From Catajapyx aquilonaris (taxonomy: Eukaryota), in contig JYFJ02003359.1 of assembly GCA_000934665.2 (NCBI GenBank), positions 1-43,201 of the forward strand: a stretch of 43,201 bases of DNA, in the 5' to 3' direction. The number at the start of each line of letters is the position of its first letter. Within the stretch, counting starts at the first letter, position 1. This document shows, in pieces, positions 1 to 10,488 of this stretch. Both the position numbers and the translations under genes were made by a program. Under the pieces are notes generated by a model, which worked only from the letters and a program-made list of their open reading frames with translations, ran no database searches and was not told the origin of the DNA.

Positions 1-890
1 TTTCTTTGCACCATTGATAAGAGGACACAAAACTGCGTAACATATGTTTTTTTCATAAAATTCTCATTGAGTGACTCTAGCTTCATTTCCACCTTAAAAC
101 AGTAAGTTATACTGTATAGTAGAACTTGCATCCTTGGAATATCCAAAAGTTTATAGACGTCGCAAACACCTGCATCCCTTCATACGAGTGACCTTTGAGA
201 TAAAGCAACAGGCACTCCATCGGTAGATTATAGTTTGTTTCCCAATATCTTGGCGGAACGAATAAGATGCCGCCATTGGCTCAAGTGGTATTTGCACTGC
301 TTTATGACATTTAAACAATCCCATAAACAATGCAGAACTGAGTAAATTGGACCTGGTCTAGACCATGCACAAAGTTTGGTTTCTATAGGCACAGTATTGC
401 CAACACTAACGCCCACACACTGTCAGATTGCATATACCGACATGGATGAATATTGTTGGCACCAAACAACCCGACAGTACTGTACAAAAAAAAATCCACT
501 TTGACATGCAACCAGGTCATTTTGTGTCTCTGGTGTGGCAATGGACCGAGTCTAGATCGGATCCAGGTCTTTCTGTGGTGTAAAAGAACCATGCCAGAAA
601 AAAGCCAGCAACAATAACAACAACAAGGAAATCGTAGAGGTAACCTCGAGAGGTGTCCATAAGTGTACACGGAATTCAGAATTTGAGACGTTTGGTTGGA
701 AGTGAACACGAAATTTCCTAAAGTGTACAATCCATCGGGTAACATGGCTACCAAGACTACCTTGGCAATTTGCTAGCTTAGCATCAGAATCAACAGCAAT
801 TTACAACAAACTACCAAGACTTTGACCTAACGAATCTCTCTTCCTAGTATGACTTTTCTATTACCGTATACACATTTGAACATATTTCAG

Positions 891-3784
891 ACTGATGTTA
901 GTACCGGTGAACAGCTCCGCTATGCAGAAGTCGAGCCTCTGTCACGTCGAGTGGCTAGTGCTCTAGCCAAAAGAGGATTCAAAAACCAAGATACTATGAT
1001 CTATGTGACAACCAAGTGTGCTCGCATCTATGCTGTATTTATGGGTGTTTGGCGTCTCAATGGAATACTGCGCCCATCGTATCCTGAAGACACAGAAGGT
1101 CAGCCTGGTTTTTCATGAAGCCTTTATATTTTTTGACAATCTGTGTTCGTTGACCTATCAGTTGAAGTAACTATTATCGCTATTATCTGTCTTGAATGTT
1201 ACAGAGACGTTGTTGATGAGGCTGAGGGAGTCCGAAGCTCGTTTTATCCTGTGTGATGGCAACACGGCGACCAGCGTTTTGTCGGCTATTTCACACCTGT
1301 CGTGGCCAGTACATGTGTTCAGTTTTGATGGATTCGACAACTGTGGCCATGTTAATGACTTGTTCGACGACGACGGATCAGGTACTACCACTTGTTCACT
1401 TGACACAAAAAAAATGCAGATGCCTAAAATGACTTCTGAGGTCCCACAGCCATGCCGGAAGAGGTGCAAGTAAACGTGGAGGAAGACCTGGTAACCATTC
1501 TGTGCACTGGTGGAACAACAGGCCCATCTAAAGGAGCCGCTCTAACCCACAGCACCTTCGTGTCCTTTGTCAAATACTCCGAGTGGGTGTGAGTATACAC
1601 TGTACAGTGTACAGTCATGGTATAGACATGTTACATACCTCCAAGAGACTTGGTATGAAGCCATCCTTTCTCTATAGGTGGCCCAAAGTAACTAACGACA
1701 AGATGTTCCTTGCCATCAAAGTGTTTCATATGTCCGGTATGGTAGGTACTCCTACTCTTATCCCAAGAGGTGTCCATGTCATGCTCATGTCTGACAACAC
1801 TCCGGAATCATTTCTTCAAGGGATTCATGACTACAAGGTATGGAATCTTCCGGATGATTTAGCATATTATATTCGTGGGTCATTCAGTGTATTCTAAGCC
1901 TATATAGTGTACAGTAAATGGCGTGGACTTACAACAAAATGCTTTTATTAAATTATTGTAGTAGCATTTTTCAAAACTACCTCAAGTGTTGGAAAAGTAA
2001 AGCGTGCCAACCTGATATAGATATACCCTACCACTTTTTGCATGGAATCTAGAAGTTGGAGCACTAATGACAGGCACATTTTGAGTCAAGGAAAATATAT
2101 ATACTGTGCACATGTCACAATAAATTTGTGATCATGAAACATGTCCTTTAGTATCAGGCTCAGAATACATTGACATAATTATTTAAATCCAAGTTACAAA
2201 TCTAATTAGGTTCAGCATGATTTTGGACCGTTTTGATAACTCCATTACGGTAAAAATATCAATACATTATTTGCACTGTACATTTGGCCCTCAATATACA
2301 CTATAGATTATAGTACAGTGTCAGAACCGGTCAGAACAGCACATAAAAGTGTCATATATTGATTAGCTCATTGCTCTCACCCGTTCCAGCCAGGAAACGT
2401 AGGGGGCTTTCCCACTACATTGTTGTGGGCAGTGACCTATCCCAGGGCAAAAGCATTCGACCTCTCTTCAGTGACTACCGTCGTATCTGGTGGTATGCCC
2501 ATTACAGCCAGCATGGTGGACAAACTCTATGAAGCTTACCCCAATGCCAAGGTCGTTCACAGGGTAAGTTTTTCTACAGGACCGTCCGTTTGCATACAGA
2601 AAGTAAATGATGCAACACAGGTTTATCATTGTTATTACGTATAAATCTCGCTTTGAAATTTTTGTCATAAATGGAAGGTCTTTCACCTTCAATGGGACAG
2701 CCAAGCTCCAGAACTTTACCAGTCCATATTATAATATGAACACTCGTATATATATAATAGGTCCGTGCCAAAATCGGGGTGACTAATAATGTCTAGTTGT
2801 AATACCTTGTATTATGCCAATTATGGTAAAGTAAGCAATTCGTAACATTCGGTATTTAAATAAAATCCTCTTTTTTAGATCTACGGTTTGACAGAATTAT
2901 ACTTTGTTTCGTCCACCATTAATATTGAAGCCCAACCGGCACCAAATGAGGAAGTTCCAGAATGGAAAGGCAGGAGAACTTTGCATTCTAAACGGTAAGT
3001 TCCTGACCCAAGTAACAATAGGATCTTATTTTATCAGGTCAGCCAAGAGGAAGCTGCGGCCGTATCTTCCCTAGGATGAAAGCTAAGATTCTGGATCTAA
3101 CAACCGGAGAACCTCTGGGTCCAAATAAGGAAGGAGAACTCTGGGTCTCTACCCCCATACTAATGAAGGGATATTACAAGCAGCCAGATGTAATATTTAC
3201 GTTGTAACAATAGTAAAAAACATAATCATGAACGTCTTCAATTGTTAGGCAACAAAGGATGCGGTACGTGATGGATGGCTAAGAACTGGTGACCTGGCCT
3301 TTATTGACCCAGACGGATACTTATACTGTTTGGGTCGTGTAAAAGAAACCTTCAAGTACTGGAATTACCATGTAAGAACATGAGCATCACACTTGGATCA
3401 CATGTGACTAGGAATTCACTCTTTCAGATATCACCTGTTGAGCTTGAGAACGTGATAATGAAACATCCGGATGTGTTGGAAACCTGCGTGGTCGGCATCC
3501 CAGACCTTGAGGGCGGAGACTCCATTCCGAGAGCGTACGTGATCAAGAAGGGCTACAAATTGACTGAAAACGCCTTGAAAGAATTCGTGCATGGTAAGGT
3601 CAACACAATCCAAAATTTGATGCCACAACTTTGACCATCTTCTGGTTTCAAAGGTCAAGTGGCCCAGTACAAGCAGTTGCGAGGAGGTGTCGCCTTTGTG
3701 GATGATTTGCCTAAAACTGGCGCAGGTAAAGTGTCCAGGAAGGACGTACTGCAAATGTATAAGGCCAGTGTGGTTGAGGACTGA
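891..3784 (+). CDS. Luciferase-like / 4-coumarate-CoA ligase-like acyl-CoA synthetase (ANL adenylate-forming superfamily), multi-exon, 5' exon not located
   Basis: Hand-spliced GT-AG exons 891-1098, 1205-1381, 1450-1582 (or -1588), 1678-1837, 2390-2563, 2879-2994, 3048-3189, 3249-3371, 3428-3593, 3654-3784 give about 509 aa. Motifs: P-loop [71 protein letters not shown]. Stop TGA 3782-3784. The junction at 2994/3048 is uncertain. Confidence 0.93.
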
Positions 3785-3787
3785 TAT

Positions 3788-4822
3788 TCACGAGATTGTA
3801 ATTCTTGCATGGTATCTGGGTACAGTATAAATAACAGCTGGGTTACCGCACTGACTGCCTGCTGCAATACATGATCCTATCCTAACCCGAGGTAGCACAT
3901 GTCTGCAGGTCTCTCGGTATTTCTTGATCCTGAAATGGTACACAACAGGCAACAAGGCCGAATGCACGTAACAGCAACACTCCAGCCAGGTCAGGTTCCA
4001 GCCGACGAAGGTAGTTACAACGTACGGTCCACGACACACCAAGAAAATTCCAAATATCACAATCACAGTGGTCACACTTCGCATCTTGAACCGCATGTCC
4101 ACACCGCGACGTCGTCGGTCCTGACCATCCTGTATGTAATTGCACGACGGACGTGGAAGGACTTGGACTCGGGCTGCATTCAATCGAAGCGCATTGGCGG
4201 TGTAGAGGAAGGCCACCAGGCACACCAGGTCTGGTATGACCAGCATCGAAGCCAGGTCCAAGCCAGCGGATGGCCATCCCAACAGTGGCACACTGGCAAC
4301 CACAATGGCGTAAGTCCACAGAGAGAGGTCAAGCCACTGGGTGGTGGTGACACGGAGGGAATCCCGGCGACGGATGAGGACCAAGTAGCGATCCACAGAG
4401 ATGACGGACAGGACAAAGGCAGAGTGGACTAACAGGGCGGTCAGGAGGAAGTGGGTTATGTTCACGACAGAGGTGTGTGGAACTGGTGAGACGATGAGGA
4501 GGATCAGCTCTAGGGGAAGGCATACCAGGAGAAGCAGGGTCTCACCAAAAGACATGCTGAGAAGCAGGGTGTTTATGGCCGATCGCATGTGGCGCTTGTA
4601 GCAGACCATGTAGCACATCAGCAGGTTGCCTGGAACACCCAGGACGAAGCAGGTGACCAGGAGCAGGGATAGCAATACTTTCTGGTACGGCTCCAAACAG
4701 GTTGTCTCCATCACTAGAAGTGGCCCAACATATGCCTTCATGCAGTGTGAAAGACACAATCTTCTCTCGCATGGCAACCCCATCAGCAAATGCAGATAAT
4801 ATAAGCACACCATTGGATCCAT
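3788..4822 (-). CDS. Intronless class A GPCR of the GPR45/GPR63 (PSP24) family
   Basis: 344-aa ORF with seven hydrophobic segments; GN in TM1, family-typical MRSAIN (ICL1), ISVDRY, LRLNAARV, VDMRFKMR, SALLPVVYHFRIKK, C-terminal PAVIY, matching recalled GPR63/GPR45 motifs MRSAIN / DMxFKTR / SALNPLIYYWRIKK. The true start could be a downstream Met. Confidence 0.88.
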   Translation of the reverse strand: MDPMVCLYYLHLLMGLPCERRLCLSHCMKAYVGPLLVMETTCLEPYQKVLLSLLLVTCFVLGVPGNLLMCYMVCYKRHMRSAINTLLLSMSFGETLLLLVCLPLELILLIVSPVPHTSVVNITHFLLTALLVHSAFVLSVISVDRYLVLIRRRDSLRVTTTQWLDLSLWTYAIVVASVPLLGWPSAGLDLASMLVIPDLVCLVAFLYTANALRLNAARVQVLPRPSCNYIQDGQDRRRRGVDMRFKMRSVTTVIVIFGIFLVCRGPYVVTTFVGWNLTWLECCCYVHSALLPVVYHFRIKKYRETCRHVLPRVRIGSCIAAGSQCGNPAVIYTVPRYHARITIS

Positions 4823-4866
4823 CGATAATCTAATTCAGCTTCTGTGGCGTCAGCTCTTATAAATAT
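4820..4866 (-). promoter_or_regulatory. Candidate core promoter of the GPCR (TATA-like TATTTATAA plus DRE-like TATCGAT)
   Basis: Minus strand reads TATTTATAAG about 35-40 nt upstream of the first ATG, and TATCGAT overlaps that ATG. Motif match only. Confidence 0.3.
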
Positions 4867-7732
4867 GCAGGTCTCTAAGATAACAGGGTACTTGCTGAAC
4901 GACAGATGGAAATGCAGAGAACCGTCACATTTTCAACATGTTGAGTCGTGGGCAAACAGATGGTGAGATCTTGGTCAGGAGCTCCAACAAAGTCACTGGA
5001 AAGCTGGGATGTTCCTATAGTATACGATAGAGGACATCAAGATTATTTAGTCTACAACTGTATCTTCATGTTGGGGTAGGGATATTAACATTTTGCAGTA
5101 AATTTGTCGGACACTCGTTATATACTTTTCTGCTGACAGTCCACAAAATTCTTACCTTTGGTTGTAGTGTTGTTGTCTCGGTTGTTGTGTCACCTGAGCC
5201 TGTCATGGGGCCAACATGTGCAGATTGTACTAAAAGTCTGTCAATATTATTCGATAAGAATTGAACAACACAGATCTAATTTTCCAGTGAATACCGTTTT
5301 ATTGCATGAACCTTGTACATTGAAAGAGAAACTAATCATACAATCATGAATGGATTGATATCAACCTCACTGTTAAATAGTTACCAGATAGAAACTGCAG
5401 CTCGTTTGCAATTCGTTTTTATTCATCTCATTAACATTCTACACATTAATTACCTACCCGACTAAACTTGTGACAATGTTGCTATTTACACGAACCAAAC
5501 TTCTAGTAATATAAATGATTAACGCAAGATGAATGCTTGTTGGTGACTGCCATGTACTTGACAGGTCCATAATTTCTTCATTTGTCTTAAAACTAGCTGT
5601 CACATGACATGTTCCCAAAGCTTTAAAAGCAAATTTGCAGAATTTGTGATAATCTGTCCACCTGGACAGCAATGCAGTAACACAAAAACAGGAAGGCACG
5701 GGGAGTTTACGAAGAAAATACATTAACATATTACCAGTGTATCAAACAATCTTGTAATCAACAAGTTTCAACATTAATAACATAGTTTTCATGTATCATT
5801 TGTATGAGTTGTAACATGTTGGAAAGGGAGGGTGGAGGGAGGGAGGATATGATTGTTTACAACACTTTTCACTAAAGATAAAATCGTGCAACAAGTTATT
5901 ATTACAAATGTTCACATGAAGTGGATTCAATCCTCTTTTCATTTCACCGGAATACTAACCCACAATTTGATTTGTATAAAGCAAATGCATGCAAATGCAC
6001 AGGGGGATCATCACATGTCAATTCCACATGTTGCAAGAGTCAAACCAGGATCATTCTGCACACCAATTGTTTAAAAAATTAAAAGATTAATGTGGTTTTA
6101 TATAGCCCGCGCCACACACCTTCAATGTTTTACCTGTCGTTCTGTCACGTCTTTAAGATTTACAACAATCTGGAGGTTAAAACTGTTCTGAAACACAAGT
6201 GCTGTCAGTTGCATCCTCACCATGAATCAGACCCGGAACCTCCAGCTTGAAGAGGTTCTGCCAACTTGATCTATGACAGCACATAAATGGCACCACCCTA
6301 TATCCAGTCCAGCTGACTTTGCACACTAGCTCACACAATTCCTTATGAGGAACAGACATACCATAACTGTTTACTCCTACATTCCCTTTGGCATATTCTA
6401 CAAGGACATGCTGCAGGCAATACTTTGCATTATAGTGCCATAAGTTACTGCAACACAGCCTTTTTTAGTGCCAGCTTGCTTCAATATACATACACAGGAG
6501 TAACAGGCAAATTTACAAAATCGTACTCTGCACACAATTGATGGAAGAACATACAAGGGCGGCTGAATAGTGGGCATTAGACATTTGTTGGTGTCGGCAC
6601 TATGTTTCCTTGAAATATGGAAACTATGCACAGTTGTACTTTGGAGGCTTTCGTAGTGTCAATATCATACTATTCAACACCAAAGCAGCTGGGTTTAAAT
6701 GCCACTTACAGTGACATTGAAGCAGCATGTGGCTGCATGCCAACAGCACTGCCTTGCTTAGCAAAAAAGCCACATCTGCAATATTCATGTCAAGCATGCT
6801 CTTCTAACTCCACAAAACTTCTGCAGCTGGACTGAACTCCAGCCACTACAATCTAATAGAGTGAAATAAGCAACACTCGACCTTATCGCACACCTTCTTT
6901 GCTAAGCACGGCAGAGCAATCCCAATACACTGAAGGTCATGTCTAGTGGCGCATAACGCATTTCACCAAAAGACCCAAAGCAGTGATTAATATCATTAGC
7001 CACACACTTCTCCAATGGTCACAGCAGAGTAATTAACTGTGTCCTTGTCATCTACCACATTCCCATCTGTCCATACAGCTTGGTAGTGCATTACTGACAC
7101 TTAGATTAAGACTACAATGTCCAAGCTGGTGTTACCTGATAACTGCATGGAAACATAGTGCCGAGAATAAATTTAGACCAAATAATTCCAACCTGTTATA
7201 GAACGTGTTACATATCATGCCCATGAGTGACATCTGATGCATTACGTCACATGTGGTACACAGGAAATAACACATTCCAACACCATGGAATTCTGTTAAA
7301 AAGAAGACAGAGATAGGTAATACCTGGAAAGATTGCATATGATACAAGACACACTAAATGCATGAAAATATACCAAGAGGGCCTGCATAACATTGGCATA
7401 AGTACTAAGGTGGAAAGAAACACACTGCTCCACAACAAGATTTTGGAAAGTGCTCCAGCTTTGACAACCTGACAGTATGTCTACTGTTTACTAATTTGAG
7501 TTGATCATAAAACAATACTAGAGCAGCATGTAGTGTGCCAGTGCTCATTGGTCGCTCTTCAGCGAACTCCTTGAGCCCACAAACCACTTTAAAAGGCAGC
7601 ATACGAGAAACAAATATTAGTGTAATGAAAAGAAAGTCCCTCTTCAAAACTTGAAGTGGTGCAGGTGCACACATTTTTTAAAAATGCCAAGAGTGTTCAA
7701 CATTTCAATAAAAGTCTCTTATACTTTTCAAA

Positions 7733-7981
7733 AAGGACGACACAGTGGCGCAGTGGTTAGCGCAGCAGTCTTCCACCTCTGACTGAGGTCCCAAGTTCGA
7801 TCCCCGGATCGGACGGAGGATACTTATATGGATAGAGTTTCCATGGGTTCTCTCCGTGTTCACGTGGGTTTTCTCAGGGTTCTCCCATTTCCTCCCACAA
7901 TCAATATTCATCACAGCGCAGGCAATGATTAAAGACTGTTCACGAAAAGATGATCCCCTAAGAGGCCCATCACGGGGTATC

Positions 7982-8021
<40 letters not shown>

Positions 8022-8050
8022 AATAATAATAACAATAATAATAATAATAA
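7733..8050 (+). mobile_element. tRNA-derived SINE family A (V-domain-like body), copy 1
   Basis: A box TGGCGCAGTGG, B box GTTCGATCC, V-SINE-like core (GAGTTT..GTTCTCTCCGTG..CGTGGGTTTTCTC.GGG..CTCC..TTTCCTCCCACA), 3' stem-loop, (ATT)n tail; TSD TATACTTTTCAAA at 7720-7732 and 8051-8063. Confidence 0.9.
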
Positions 8051-9240
8051 TATACTTTTCAAATGAATTTTGTGTCCAACACCAACGTCACACATTCTGA
8101 TATATCTTGTACCTTGAAATATATTTTTCAAGTAATTAACCCATCTCTGCAATACATAATGATGTAAATCTGAAACCCATCACTAAAATTCATACTGGTT
8201 ACAATAAATAAAAGTAAAGAGTAACTACTCCTTTGTACCATTATTGAAAATACCCCATTCAAAATGTAGTAGAATGTCAAACACAATCGAGTGCAAGGTC
8301 AAAAGCGACATCCCTGTTTGACAGACAGGTCAAAATTATATTGTCAGTCTCCTAAGAGTATGGAATTTACTTGCAGTTGAGGCAAGGCAGATATAGTCAA
8401 GCTACTCCGCCTTCTGGAGAACAAAAATATCGCCTGTTAGACATAAAAATCATGCTATTGCAACCTGACACTAAGCAGCTACTGTAATTGCGTACAACTG
8501 TTACACAATGAGGAAGACTCTACAGCAGCTCTCCTTCACACCTTTTTGTTTATTTGTTTATACCGCTCTCACTTGTACTGTACTTGGTAACCCATTACCA
8601 ACTCCTACCATATCACAGGTGGCTTGCACGTCAGACAAGCCTGTTTAAAACCATATCCTGATAACCAAAGATTCCTTCCAACCTTTAAGCTCATTCACAG
8701 TAAAGGACAAGTTGAATAACATCACTTCCACTTCCAGAAAATTAACTACCATGATGGATGATTACATTTCTACATACAAAGTACCAAACAGGAGCACATT
8801 ATCTTAAAATTCAAACAAAAGTGAAGCTGAAGTGTACAGAGTTCCTTTCTTCAATGGGGGGGAAATGACCATGTTGTTTTGACTGGGACGGTTCAACCTT
8901 AAATGTCACACACAAATAAAGAGCTTCTTTCTAAAAATGAGTCGTTTCGTCCACAAGTCAGTCCACAAGTCGAGCTTACATGAAAGTTTCACTCTGTTCA
9001 CTACATACGTACTTAGAAAGAAGCTCTCTAAATCTCTTCCAGCATCATTTGAATCTCCCCCATATTATGCCACAAGTTCATAACTGGATTCCATGTCTGG
9101 AGGGTTGTACTTTGCTAAAAACCCAATGGAGGCATTTTCGTTCTGTGAAAAGCATTGTCATTGTCAAAATGCGGAGCAAGGGGCTCATAGGTTGTATGCC
9201 TGGGTCATGACATTACAATAATCCGGCTCGTGGGTGATTA

Positions 9241-9410
9241 CTGTATTTACTCGAATATAAGTTGCCCCCAAATCTAAGTCACACCCCTAGTTTTAAGTAG
9301 TCAAATGTTAGCTATGGAAGAATGCTTCGTGTCTCATTCTAAGAAGCACCCCATATCCCCCCACATTTTTAAAATACAAAAAAGGGCACCTTAGATTTGA
9401 GTAAATAGGG
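9241..9410. mobile_element. Tc1/mariner-superfamily (Tc2/pogo-like) MITE
   Basis: Imperfect TIRs CTGTATTTACTCGAATATAAG / CTTAGATTTGAGTAAATAGGG flanked by TA on both sides. Confidence 0.75.
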
Positions 9411-9757
9411 TATCCAAATGACATGCTATTTTCTCCTGTGCTGGCATTGAAGGTTTCCTTGAGGTATTGTATATTCAAACCATTATGAACTCAACTACAA
9501 TGGAAAAAGAAAGAAGGCCTCCAAAAGCTCAGTCCCGCATGTCTCGCAATTAAAAATCCAACAGTGATTGTAGCTGAGGGTGGGGTTGGCACACTGGGAG
9601 TTGTGAGAATATTACTGTCAAATGCAGATGGTTGTGAAATGTATTGTTGTAAGCTTGTTACTTGCCAAGTAACTGTTGCAGCCATGCTCATCACATAATC
9701 CACATCAACCCGCAGCAGCTGTTCTCCAAGTCAGTATGTGGCCTACTAATGGGCCCA

Positions 9758-10100
9758 GGCGAGGTGGAGAGGCGCTGCAGTAACGTTCGCGCCCACAGAT
9801 GCAAGGGTCATGGGTTCAATCCCAAGCCCAGGCTTTCCCCCTTCATCTCGTGCAGAGTTGGGTCGTCTCTGGCTTCGTTTCGGGTGGGACTCCTGAGACT
9901 AACCACCCAGGAAAGTTCTCAAAATGTACCATGTTATAGACATTGCATTGCCCTTTGCCCATCCCCTCCCACTCATCCCTGCCCATGGGCCCTGGCACTT
10001 CGCTCAAGGTTCCAATAGTACTGTATGTTATGTACATCGCATATTAATGATCAATCAAGGTCCGTGCGACATACCCGACAGGGTGAAAGCACTACCAACA

Positions 10101-10147
<47 letters not shown>

Positions 10148-10156
10148 ATTATATTA
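9758..10156 (+). mobile_element. tRNA-derived SINE family B, copy 1
   Basis: B box GGTTCAATCC, body shared with 12333-12680 and 33241-33560 (CCCCTTCATCTCGTG..GAGTT..GTCTCTGGCTTC), (ATT)n tail, TSD TACTAATGGG(T)CCCA at 9744-9757 and 10157-10171. Confidence 0.88.
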
Positions 10157-10381
10157 TACTAATGGGTCCCAAGAGCAGTCAACTGGTCCAAAATTCAAAT
10201 CTTTATTAAATTTTTATTGGCAAATGAAAGTGGGCTTATATGGATTAAGTTGCTAAGTGGCCTGCAGGGATTGCTCACCCTAGGTGGGATATGGTCAAGT
10301 CCAAAAAACCAGTTTTGAGATAATTGAAGGCAAGGATTTACCATTCACTTGTTTATATGCTAGTGAAGACACAAAATCCTG

Positions 10382-10488
10382 GGGTGGAATTTTCGTCATA
10401 CTACTAGTTACTTTTAAGTTAGCAGTACCAGTGTAATGCAATGGTACTGCTAAGTTAAAAGTAACTAGTAGTGACGAAAATTCCACCC
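10382..10488. mobile_element. Palindromic (foldback) MITE, probably PIF/Harbinger-type
   Basis: Near-perfect hairpin GGGTGGAATTTTCGTCA..TAGTTACTTTTAA.TTAGCAGTACCA / TGGTACTGCTAA.TTAAAAGTAACTA..TGACGAAAATTCCACCC, with CTG(G) on both flanks. Confidence 0.75.

Noticed and set aside
1..890. First coding exon of the acyl-CoA synthetase
   Set aside because: No Met-initiated frame with a convincing phase-0 donor and family similarity could be identified; it may lie upstream of the window.
891..3784. Calling the synthetase a true bioluminescent luciferase
   Set aside because: Luciferase-like ACS genes are common in non-luminous arthropods, and luciferin-pocket residues (e.g. the HHGF motif, here FHMS) are not conserved.
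3882..4601. Overlapping and antisense ORFs (145-177 aa) within the GPCR
   Set aside because: Explained as shadow frames of a GC-richer coding sequence; no motifs.
7738..7812. tRNA genes at the SINE heads (also near 13474, 22190, 33241, 35346)
   Set aside because: A and B boxes are present, but each head runs into a repeated body and usually a tail and TSD; I could not see an intact cloverleaf.
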